From Takakia lepidozioides (Eukaryota; Plantae; Bryophyta), in assembly GCA_030704615.1 (NCBI GenBank), contig JAKLZA010000360.1:1-64000 (forward strand): DNA of 64,000 nucleotides. Direction: 5' to 3'. The notes beneath the pieces are model-generated. The model worked only from the letters and a program-made list of their open reading frames with translations, had not been told where the DNA came from and did not search any database. Below, in pieces: positions 1 through 10,814 of this stretch. Position numbers and translations under genes: made by a program. Position 1 is the stretch's first letter. Each line of letters begins with the position of its first letter.

Positions 1-1620
1 CGTACCGCATTTCCTCCGCAAGCACGGTATGTGAAGGTGGAACGGAAATGCGGTACAGCATTCCGTATGATTGAGATTTATGAACAACGCGGGAACAGAA
101 ATGCGGCACCGCATTTCCGTCCGAGTCGCTCTTTCGACATTCCAGAACGGGAATGCGGGCCGCATTTTACATTTTTGTATCTGATGCATGGAGATGGGAT
201 AGGAAAATGCCCTGCCAGCACATTTCCGTCCTTAACAGGACATCATACCTCGGAACGGAAATCCGGGTACGCATTTTCATTCAACAAGAACGGTTGTGAA
301 GGGTGGAACGGAAATGCGGTAACGCCATTTCCGTTCTGATTGAGAATTATGACAACGGGAACAGAAATGCGGCACCGCATTTCCGTCAAAGTCGCACTTT
401 TCGACATTCCATAAAGGAAATGCGCGCCGCATTTCCATTTTTGTATCTGATGCCTGGAGCCGAGTAAGATTCCGAACAGCTTCAACAGCGCAATTCCGAA
501 CGGTTGAGACATTCAACTATCCAGAACGGAAATGCGGCACCGCATTTCCGTTCTGACTGAAAATCGTGAACTATCTGAACTGAAATGCGGCACCGTGATT
601 TTCCATCCGAGTCGCACCTACCATCATTCCAGAACGGAAATGCGGCACGCATTTCCGTTCTGACTGAAAATCGTGAACCATCGGAACTGAAATGCGGCAA
701 CGTATTTCCATCCGAGTCGCACCTACATCAGGCCAGAACGGAAATGCGGCACCGCATTTCCGTCTGACTGAAAATCGTGAACCATCGGAAACTGAAATGC
801 GGCAGGCATTTCCATCCGAGTCGCACCTCCCAACATTCCAGAACGGAATGTATTAGTTAAAAGGGAAATGCGGCACCGCATTTCGTTCTGATGAAATATC
901 CTGAAACATCGGAATTGAATGCGGTACCGCATTTCCGTCGGAGTCCCACCATCCGACATTCCAAAACGGAAATGCGGCACCGCATTTCCGTTTTGTATGT
1001 GAGGCATGGATGTGGAACGAAAATGCGGGAAGGCATTTCCGCCAGCGTCAGCGTTAATACTCTACAGAACGGAAATGCGGTACCGCATTTCCATTCTGAC
1101 TGAAAATCGTTGCGCAAGGGTACAGAAATGCGGCACCGCATTTCCGTTCGAGTCGCACCTTCCGACATTCTCGAACGGAAATGCGGCGCCGCATTTCGTT
1201 TTGTATATTCGGCCTGGAGCTGTGCTACGGAAATGTGTTGCCGCATTTCCATCCATGTGAGACCTTCAACCTTTCCAGACCGGAAATGCGACACCGCATT
1301 TCTGTCCAGGTGAGACCTCTATACTTTCCCGAACGGAAATGTGGCACGGCATTTCCATTCATCAACTAACGTATGTGAAGTGGGAACGGAAATGCGGCGC
1401 CGCATTTCCCTTCTGAATCTCATACTTGGAGCTGTGGGACGGAAATGCGGCACCGTATTTCCGTTCAACAACTAAGGTATGTGAAGGTGGAACGGAAATG
1501 CGGTGCCGCATTTTCTTCCAACAAGTACGGATGTGTAGCAGAGTGATCGTACTTAACGGAAATGCGGCGCCGCATTCGCATTCTCGCTCCAACTCATCAG
1601 ACGCTGGGACGGAAATGCCT
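1..1620. repeat. Array of about 30 palindromes GGAAATGCGG(CG/CA/TG/TA)CCGCATTTCC with diverged spacers, period about 53 bp
   Basis: Motif starts at 44, 97, 149, 257, 310, 363, 416, 528, 581, 636, 688, 740, 793 ... 1071, 1124, 1177, 1229, 1282, 1335, 1388, 1441, 1494, 1558, 1611. Confidence 0.95.
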
Positions 1621-2012
1621 TGAAATGTGAACACGTGGAGCAACGGAATTGCTGCACATGTCGGCACTCTATCTGACTGAAGGGCATGAGGCGGCGCGGC
1701 CTGACCGTTGGATAATGATGTTTGATTTTCGGACGGCGGGCGTACCCTCAACGATTCGAATTTCGTAATGACGCAAACTCCACGAGGAGACACTTTCGTC
1801 CAACCTTTCGAAACCAAGTGGTGCATCACCGCCGTTTCATCTACTTTTGTCGTGTCTCCTCAGTCACCCCTCTCGCGCCCTTTCCATCTGCACTCTTGCC
1901 CCTTTTCCCTCTCTCTGTTCTTCTTATGCTCGAACCTGAGAGGGGGGGAGTTCGTGCACCAGACAGGAGACCTCGTCGCAAGCTCCGGAAATTATACTTC
2001 GGACGTAGGCCA

Positions 2013-5000
2013 ATGCCGAAGGGGAGGAAGCAGATGCGTCTACAGGAGGAGATTGCCATCTCCGAGCAGCAGGCCACTCAGGCAACCCAGCCACAGTGAG
2101 AGCTCCATGCGATCGGGCTGCGCGCAGCTGATCGAGCACCGAACCCCCCATTTTGCTTCTGTAATTCTTAGACTGAATGCTAGGAGACTTGAATGCAGAA
2201 CATGTTTGCATGCCTAACAGGAAAGGTGGACGTGCTGGAGGGATCGCAGGAATCCGAAGAGCCGCAGGAAGAGTCCGAGGAGCTAGCTGCAGCACGTACA
2301 CCCACCCGATCCCCGAGGCGGGTACTCCTGCCGGGCCTAGCCCTCTGCGATTCAAAGACGCGTCTTCGAAGGGCAAGTTCAAAGTCTCGGAGATCGACTC
2401 GCGTTCTTCGATCATGGAGAATCGCCAGCACGGGTCGGGCCCTTCTCCAGCAAAGTCGAAGAAGAAGCAGCCCGTCCCTCTACTGGCTTCTGAACCGGCT
2501 CAGGCCGATTCACCCCCCCCAACGCGAATGAAGCAGCAGGGTAGAAGACAGATTCTATTGCAGCAGACACCTTCACCTGCAAGGATGAGGAAGCAGAAGG
2601 CAATCAGGGCGACGGGCGAACAATCTCCCGCAAAACCGCTTCCACGAGCTGAAGCTCAGTTCCTGGAGGATTTCCCGCCTGCAGATGTTGGGGCCGACTC
2701 TGCTGCAGCGAAGGCAATGGGATCGACCGTTGATCTCGATTTGGTACCGGAGGAGGGTGCTGCCGCTGAACGTTCGCAGGCAGACCTCACCACCGATGAG
2801 CTAGCAGGCCCGGAGGAGGCCTCTGCAGTGGCAGAATTGCCCGCACACAGGCCCCAGAGTGCAGCTCCAGTTGAGGATGCTCCACCTGCTCAGCCACTAC
2901 CTGCACCTACAGACATGTCTCCGGAGGATTTCAAAAGTGCAGCGGATAAAATGTTGGAGGAGACACACAGTAGCATTGGCAGAGTTCTGGGCAGCAGGGT
3001 ATTCCAGCGGACTCTTCGAATCCCACTCTGTCGCATGGTCTCCCTTCCCATCGTCAGGCAGGCCCTTCCCGGAGATGTGGATAAGCTCAAGTTCGCATTT
3101 CGAGAAGGGTACCGTCTGGGATCGGCAGCGTTTTACGTTTCCATAGAGAATGAGGACGGCGAAACCCGTGGACCCACTGCCGATGAATTGTCAACGTGGG
3201 ATACCCACTGGCACACTCGCAACCACGAATTCGAGGCGACGCTGAAGGGTGATCCCGACTTCGGCCATATGTCGGGAAAAATGTTCTTTGTGTGGGACGG
3301 GAATCACCGACTTCTCGCCTGGTGGGAGTACATCAAGCAGAACCATGCCAAGCACATTGGCTGGCATTACATGGTGGAGTGTGTCATCCTCAAGGTGAAG
3401 GCGGCAGACTCCTCCCTCCTCAAGAATGCCATGGCGGACCTCAACTCGTAAGATACTCATACCCTCCCTAGCACATTCGAAATGCGGTGCCGCATTTCGG
3501 TTTCCATTCTGGTTTGATTCCGTGCTTCCGTGTACTGAACTGGAGAGTGTGCCTTGCAGGGTCACTGAGAATGCGTACGTGCATACCCACATGGCACATA
3601 TGCTGTACAGGGTGAGGAAAACTGGTCTTACTGATCCGCAGATGTTTGCGGAAATGCTGGAGCCGGAGCTGATTCAGAAAGCCGTTGCAAAAACAGACCG
3701 GACATGGTATCGTCTCACTATGGATGGAATGGTGGAGGTGATATACGAAGTAAGTCGTGCTCCAATTTCCCTCTGCTCATCCTTCCCCAATTTCCAGTAA
3801 TGTTTCCACATGAATCGAATGTAACGCTTCTGCATGTTTTTGTTGGCAGTCAAACATCAAGCTGGATTTGGCCCATGCCAAACGCTTCTTCATGGAAAGT
3901 GAGGGGCAGGTCAAAACGTTGCAGTCATTGACTGAGCACTTGAAGGAAGCCGGTGTCAAGTCCAGAACCAAATACAAGTCAAAGCTTGTGAAGCTGGTGG
4001 CAATTGCAGATCCGGCACTTGGAAAGGACTTCATCCCCGAGATTGCAAAACACTATTCTCGGGCCATGCAGCCGACCATGCAATTGGAGAAACTGCATCA
4101 CCTCTCAACGGCATGTGTGGAGGCGAAAGAGAAGGTGAGGTTTCAATGCACTGAATTTCCTTCCTAGCAATAGCCACTCTCTTCCAGCCACTGACATTGG
4201 ATCGGAAATGGCAGACACGGTGGCTGTCGATCTGGAATGCATCCGAGAGCATAAGGACAATGTGGTCTTTTCCACTGGAAGTTTCCGACCCTGCAGTGGA
4301 TGTGTGGCTCAACCGCATGACTTGGTGGTTCCAGGTAATTCAAGGTACTTCCCCAGATTTGCTTTTCTGACATGAATTCCCTGAACTGCTACGTGACAAT
4401 GCATTTGGGAATGGCAGGTAATGTCGAATGCAAAGGAGCAAGTCGTAATGCACACAAATTCGTTCGGCTTGTACGTCAAATGGGATGGAACACAGACATT
4501 GGAAGACTACGTGACACGTTTCAGATGTGCGTACAAGGACAACCTTTTCGCCAGAGAGCTACAGACAGCAAGAAGGAGCGTGGAGTTTACACATCAGGAG
4601 GGAGCGGGGAAAGCTGCAATGCGAATTGTTTACAGGTGAAGCACAGCTGCCCTTGTATGCGAAGCCTGGTTACGAGGTTTGTCTCGGAAATGCGGCACCG
4701 CATTCGCATTTTATGTTTTCGGTGGCACTCTGCCAGTAGGTTGGTCTCAAGTTTTGCTCACGCATGCTGACTGCCTTGCAGGTATATGAAATACGTGCTC
4801 CTTCAGACAGGGGCCCTGGCTCAAGAGCCCCCGTTCTTCATGGCTTGGACCGTGGCGGGCCCAAGCTGTGTCTACACACCCGAGATGCAGAAACAATGGC
4901 ATCCCGCGCATCTCGTTGGATGCCCGTGGTACCTGGACATGTCTGGCGGTATTGTTGACGAGTCTGAGAAAGATCTGCACGCCTTGGCAGAAGAGAAGAG

Positions 5001-7132
5001 AAAGGAAAGACGTGTCCCTGCTGGGCCAAAGTCGGCAAAGGAATCTGCTGCTCTGGAAGAATCCAGAAAGGCAGCTGAGATGGCACAAAAGACGGTGGAT
5101 GCAGCTGTGCAGGCCCAACAGAAGGGGTCGAAGAAGAGGACTCGCCAGCAAGGAGCAGCTGTTGTGACACCCGCCAAAACGAAGAAGCAGAAACAGCCTG
5201 TTCAGGAAGAGGGTGAGGAAGAGGACTCCGATGGAGACTTTGCAACCAGCCCACCCCCCAAACGCAGGCTGCCTCCCCTGTGCCCACCGTTGTCACGAGA
5301 GGCACGAGAACTGGCTCGGCAAAGAAGGCACTCTTCAACCCCCCAGGGGGGCACCCTTTCGAGCCGGTGGAAATGAAGAGGCCGAAAGTGGCTCCCGAAA
5401 CTGTAGTCCAGTGTGTAAATGAGAGTTTCTTGGCGGCTTTGGATGGACGGGCAGCCAAGTTAGCATACACGAAGACCATGGAGGGTCTGAAGGGCAGAGC
5501 ACTGAAGAAGGCGACTGCCGAAGAGCCTTCCGACACCCCAGGATTTCAGAATATGGTCTCGTTCTTTGAGAGGGTGTGTGCAGACAAGGATTGTAGGAGG
5601 GGCGGAAATGCCACCGAGTGGTCTTGCGATATGATCATCTTGGATATTCCGGACGGAGAGCCTGTGGAAGGACTGCAAGCTTTGCCATCTTGGAACAGGT
5701 ACTCGGAGGACTTTTGGAAGAAAGGATTCGGGCTTGCCCGCATGGTGTTGGACGACAGAGGCTGTGTGGTTGTCCTGGCGAGCAGAGGAAAAACACTCAG
5801 ACAGGAATTGCGAAGTGGACCCGCAAGAGCGCCGTCCCGATTCTGAAAAGAAGTGGACGTGCATCAACACACTGGGCCTTCGGTCGGAAGGGAAGAAGGT
5901 GATTACGACACTGGCACTCGTCCATTGATTTGCTTGGGTGCTTTCAAATGCGGTGCCGCATTCGGTTTCTAATCGTTTTCCCCCTGTGTATGCAGACGAA
6001 GCAGTTCGATGCATACTGCTTTGTGAAGGAAAACTCCACCTTTGCTTTCCGGAAGGAGGGAGGAAAGGTTGACCCGAACTGCGACCCACTCGATTACGAC
6101 GTTCTGTTCAACAACGTTCCCAAGGAACTTCTCCCTCATAGCCTCACTTCAACGGAACCCCTGCGGTACTCACGGACTCGGAGCCCTGCCTTCATTCAGA
6201 CAATTATGGAGACATGCACAGACGTGGAGGGCACAGTGCTGGACCTCATCTGTGGGACAGGTATGCAGAATCTTGATCTCTGCTGTTCTGCAAATTCTCG
6301 TTAGGATGTAGTTCGCAACATCTGAAGCGCCATGTGGTAATGTGTGGATGGCATTGTAACAGGTGCCTCAATGTGGGCTGGGCGGTTTTCCGACCGGCAC
6401 CTCTTTGCCTACGAGGAGGATTCATCCGTGTGGGGATCCCATCTGGAGGGGCTGCAACGGAATGTGAAGGCTCCCGACAGAGCGGAAGTCTCCTCGGATT
6501 CGTCGGAGTCCGAGGAAGACACAGTGGACATTGATGCAGAGGAGAACCCGGAATACGAGTGAGTGCAAACATTGTAAGTTTGCAAAGCCTTCTGGGTCAT
6601 TTATGTCAAAGGAATTTCCCGACTGTGGTTCTCATTAGTCTCGTTGATGATTGTCATGTGCAGGATTGCAGGGTCCGGGTCGAAGCATGTAGGGCCTACA
6701 CTTCCTGCCAGGAAGAATGTCCCGTTCTTTGCGAGGGCCGACTTCATGACGAGCCCGGTGAGGGACTACTCCCTTCCTAGTTATGCAGCTAAACTCGCAA
6801 ATACAGCGATTAGAAGAAGTGAGAATCCCAGTAAAGTAGAGCAGATTTTGGAGAGGGCTAGGGAGGACAGAAGGATAAGGAAAGAGTTGGCAGCAGCTCA
6901 GACAGGTAGACGGGTACGAAAGTACATATGTGATTCAGCGGATGAGAGCGACGCAGACAGGGAGGAGGACGACCCAACGGAGGTGAGATGGACAGTTCCG
7001 CAAGGGGAAGATGGGATTTTTGAAAGCCTGGCCAACGAGCAGTCCGCTGGAGATGAGAGAGGCACTGAGGGGGTGGAGGAGGAGCAGGACAGTCTAGAAC
7101 AGGATGAGGATTCCGATGATTTTCAAGATTAA
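2013..7132 (+). pseudogene. Multi-exon gene: low-complexity N-terminus, ParB/Srx-like domain, beta-class N6A/N4C DNA methyltransferase-like domain and acidic tail; at least 2 apparent frameshifts
   Basis: GT-AG introns join the ORF pieces in frame (3448-3559, 3750-3849, 4135-4214, ~4335-4417, 4636-4781, ~5899-5995, 6261-6363, ~6559-6663). ParB-like: TLRIPL...DVDKLKFAFREG...FFVWDGNHRLLAW (~3010-3325). MTase-like: CDMIILDIPDG...GFGLARMVLDDRGCVVV (motif IV region, 5625-5775), then RSPAFIQTIMETCTDVEGTVLDLICGTG/ASMWAGRFSDRHLFAYEED (motifs X-I-II, 6180-6420). Frameshifts near 5275 and 5790-5840. The 5' exon structure is uncertain. Confidence 0.75.
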
Positions 7133-7320
7133 TAGAATTTTAATGAAGTCTCTGTAAATGTAAATTCTCTTCCAGAGTATATAAAGAAAATTCTGCCCGA
7201 CATTCGTGACCCCTCTCCAGTGTGCATTCCAGCCACACAATCGCCCAAACCAGGACGCTCCCAAAATCAGAAATGGGACAGGGCATTTCCAAAATTTTGG
7301 CAACTCTAAGAACCTCTTTT

Positions 7321-8070
7321 GGAAATGCGGCACCGCATTTCCAAAACAGGGGAGGGACTAATTTTTCCATTTCAATGTTGGCATAGTAAAAAGTAATCTG
7401 AATTGGGAATGCGGTGCCGCATTTCCAAAATTTCCTTTGTCCACACGCCAGTTTTGGCCTCTCCCGCTCATTGCATGGATGCCACCACGCTTACAGAGGT
7501 CGAACAAGGAGGTCGAACAAGGAGGCCGACATGGCGGGATTGGAAATGCGGTGCCGCATTTCCATATTGGGGATGGTGGTTGTTCGAACTGCAGACCCAT
7601 CAAAAAACTGGCACCGCATTCCATTGTAAAAAAAAAGTCGATGACGGACATGGAAATGCGGCGCCGCATTTCCAGAACGGACATCGCAATTTGTCAATTT
7701 GCAGACCCTCTCTCGGAAATGCGGTAACGCATTCCATCGCGCTGGTCGGAAATAGGTGCACTTTTCGAAGTGTTGGACGGAAATGCGGCACCGCATTCCC
7801 TTGTCCAAAAAGAAGTTTCCATTGCCAAGCTGGAAATGCGTCGCCGCATTTGCAATGCCAACCTCGTTTTCTGATCAATTTATAGACCCGTGTTGGTATT
7901 TCGTGTACCTGGACGGAAATGATGCACCGCATTTTCTTGTCCCACATGGAAATGCGGTGCCGCATTTCGATGTCCGACATGGAAATGCGGTGCCGCATTT
8001 CGATCCCGACTTGGAAATGCGGCGCCGCATTTCGATGCCGACATGGAAATGCGGTGCCGCATTTCAATGT
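7321..8070. repeat. Second cluster of element-A palindromes, ending in 4-5 tandem ~33-bp units
   Basis: Copies at 7321, 7405, 7542, 7652, 7715, 7779, 7832, 7914, 7948, 7981, 8013 and 8046; last units GGAAATGCGGTGCCGCATTTCGATGTCCGACAT. Confidence 0.9.
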
Positions 8071-8693
8071 CCGACATGGCGTTACTCTGGTATATTCTTG
8101 ACACATGACTCACATACCGGTTACTCTGCTTTATTCAACCAGACAGACAAATTGTAGAAATGAGACATCAAATTGTAAACAGTGGTCCAAATCCGAGAGT
8201 TATTCAACACAATGAAACACAGTTATACAGAAGTGAGGTACATTCCAGGGCACACTCCAGGGCACATTTAAATTTCCCCCGTACAGGATCCTGGACCGAT
8301 GAAGATTGGCTGCTGCATGAATGTAGCCGTTTCAGTTTCCTACCCTGCCATGCAAACTATGGGCAGTCACTGCCAGGTGGGCCGATAGCCACTGGACACG
8401 ACGAAGTCCATCCCCTCTTCGATGTTAATGCGGCGCCGAATTTTCATCCGGGGGGATGGATTTCGGTGGCAGATCTCAAACTATAACTTGTTGATGAGAA
8501 AGATGTATGGCTTCATCCACCGCTGGCGTGATGAACACGTTCCACCTCCGTCGGTGGGTACGTGTGACCCAGATGCTCCATTTTGGAGGCCGGACTGCTC
8601 TTCCGCTTCGTATCTTTTCCAAAATCTAAGGGCTTCGTAGCTGTCCGCAAGGTCATCGGCATCCAAGTCGTCCTCAGGTCCTCCTTTGCAAGG

Positions 8694-9257
8694 ATGCCGT
8701 GCTTCCGGAACCGGGACGACTGCCCCTTTGGAGGCATCGATTATGCAATGTATTCGGCCACATCGGGAGACATTGTTATCTGGTACACAGATTACACAGA
8801 AGATACTGGTTCGATTGTGGAAACATTGGTGGCTTTTGAGTATATCGTAGGCCACTACGCCTTCGAGCGGGGTGACGATCTTGGTTTGAGGAGTCCGTGG
8901 CTCCTGCGCATCCTCGATTCCGATTTTCCCAGCTACGACGGTCACCCATGCAGAAGAAGGCGCACTGCTATGCTGTTGCGGTGGAACTGCTGCCACTGGA
9001 CGTGGGTGGACTCAATCGGAGAGACCTATTCTCCTCGAGGAGTGCGCTCCTCTTCTCCATTGTATGGGGACATTCGCATTGGTGTGGACGACGAAAACGT
9101 GAAGATTTCCATATTCGATGGTGGTATGATTGAAGGGCAGGACATTGTGGTGAACATCACTAGGGGCGGTACAACGGCTGCAATCGACTTTACATGGAGG
9201 AGCCCCAGGACTCATGAGCTAGTTCTGAGAGCAGTCGAAGTCCCATTGACAACGTGA
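8694..9257 (+). CDS. Conserved ~187-aa protein of unknown function (ORF-X of element A)
   Basis: Intact ORF from ATG 8694. It aligns by eye with element B ORF 44641-45192: LRSPWLLRILDSDFP..RRRTAMLLRWNCCHWTW..IGE versus LGSRWFLRIMDLDFP..RSRTALLYRWNCCEWTY..IGE. Confidence 0.75.
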   Translation: MPCFRNRDDCPFGGIDYAMYSATSGDIVIWYTDYTEDTGSIVETLVAFEYIVGHYAFERGDDLGLRSPWLLRILDSDFPSYDGHPCRRRRTAMLLRWNCCHWTWVDSIGETYSPRGVRSSSPLYGDIRIGVDDENVKISIFDGGMIEGQDIVVNITRGGTTAAIDFTWRSPRTHELVLRAVEVPLTT

Positions 9258-9669
9258 CTTGTATTCAGTAGGCACAGGGCTCAAGATTTGAGGGCACAAT
9301 CAGCACAGTAGACGTGCTTCAAATGCAATTCATGTGGATCAATAAAAACCTCATTGTGCCCTCTTTTTATTCTATTCTGTGTCCATTGTTCCGAGAATGC
9401 GTCATTGCTCATTTCGTTTGGGATTGGGAGTGTGGGTGAATTTTGCAAATGGCTGGTAGGCTGAAATGGGCCCCCATTGTACAGAGCAATACCACCCTAC
9501 CATTCGCGAAACATTGCCTTTCAATATATAATTCTAAATAACATTGCGGAACCTCCTTCATCGGGAGGTCCTTCTCCCCCTATGACCGTGGCACCCTAAA
9601 CCCTATTCCCGCGGACACTCATTTCCGGAAAATAGTGCTGCTCATGTTTTTTTCCACACTTACGACTCT

Positions 9670-9720
9670 GCTCATGGCTCATGCCGCTCATGGCTCATGG
9701 CTCATGAAATAGCAGCCCCC
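9670..9720. repeat. Right terminal inverted repeat of element A with tandem GCTCATG heptamers
   Basis: GCTCATG occurs five times before AAATAGCAGCCCCC, the same architecture as both ends of element B. Confidence 0.85.
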
Positions 9721-10787
9721 GTGTCATGACCTTCCGCCTGTGGTACCTCCGACACAGGTGTGTGTATTATATGCACCTCAGGATTTCCCTTGGGCAACTG
9801 TTGCACCTCTGGGATTTCTGTCTCCTTGACCAGACCAGAATATTCATAGAGAAGGTCCCCCTTCTCTATTTCTGCCACTATCTGTTCTGTAGTTGGAATA
9901 TCTAACCCTTCACTTTCCAAATCAATTATTTCTGGTTGAGCTGCATGGATAACTTGTGACCTTGTGACAAGTCGTTCAAGTGGCTGTGATGGTTGTGATG
10001 CAGAAGTAACTTCCTCCTCCCTCTCTGAAGGTCCTGCTTCCAGTAATAGCATTTCTCTGTGCTGCTGTGCCCCTTCCTGGCCATGAGCTTGGGAAACATT
10101 ATCATGCGGAATCCGTGAAGCCAGTGGATCCGCCACTACAGTCTTTCCCCGTCTCTGCCTCTTAGTCTCGGGTTGCCCTGCTAGTCCACCCTCACTATGT
10201 GAAGAGCCTTGCTCTTCCATTGCAGTTGTTTCTGGCTCAAACACTCCCATTTCCTTTCTTTCTTGCGCATTAAGTATGCCAGAATCAAGGATTATTTGAG
10301 CAATGATTGGGCCAGACACTATCATAGGAGACTTTGCGGTAGTACCTTGTAATCTTTTCATCTCCTCTACCAGTGCGTTGTACATTATGTCCGCCCATTG
10401 TACCTCTCGTCCCTTCAGGCCTTTGAGTATTTCCTCCGTGAAGGATCTGCTCAAATACTGTTGGTTCTGTTTCATGGCAATCAGAACGTTCAATACCTGG
10501 CCTACCTCTTTTAACCCTGGGTACACAGCCTTGGTACAAGCATAACTCTGAGTTTTAAAGAAACTCCCTTCTTGGAATAAGTCATTTATTTGCAGTCTTG
10601 CCCTGTGTTGCTCCACATGCACCTGACCTGCTGGCAATCGAAACAATTGCTGGAGGTATAGGGGAGTAATCATTAATTCAACTCCCTTCACCGTTGTTGT
10701 TCCTGTCCTTGGCTCAAAGTTCTGCAAAAATTGTAACATGTACTGTCTATGGTGTAGTGTCCAATCTAGGCTTTGCAATCCTTGCAA
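9721..10787 (-). pseudogene. ORF3 N-terminal part, interrupted by element A
   Basis: Near-identical to the first ~357 aa of ORF 31672-35115, up to QAEGHDT. Confidence 0.9.
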
Positions 10788-10814
10788 TCTCAGCTCCTCC
10801 AGTATCTGTATCGC

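Larger units (their letters stand above)
1..9720. mobile_element. Element A: Mutator-like (MULE-type) TIR DNA transposon, left end outside the window; inserted in ORF3 of the inverted retrotransposon copy
   Basis: The right end ...GCTCATGGCTCATGGCTCATGAAATAGCAGCCCCC (9720) matches the right end of element B (...CTCATGGAATAGCAACCCCC). Retrotransposon sequence starts exactly at 9721. Its cargo genes are homologous to those of B. No transposase is seen in the window. Confidence 0.8.

Noticed and set aside
1-1620. CRISPR array (palindromic repeat with ~31-bp spacers)
   Set aside because: Spacers are related to one another (GAGTCGCAC and GTATGTGAAG recur), the repeats are degenerate and also dispersed in introns, there are no cas genes, and the context is eukaryotic.
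31-1830. Many short ORFs with KCGTAFP/GNAAPHF/EMRHRIS, and the NFGAEIH ORFs in element B
   Set aside because: They are translations of the palindromic repeat in all six frames and show no coding signal.
2177-7132. Bacterial or phage contamination as the source of ParB-MTase
   Set aside because: The gene has GT-AG introns, one at a position conserved between A and B, and sits in a TIR element nested in a plant-type retrotransposon.
8160-8640. Additional small ORFs upstream of ORF-X
   Set aside because: No recognisable motif and no counterpart in element B.
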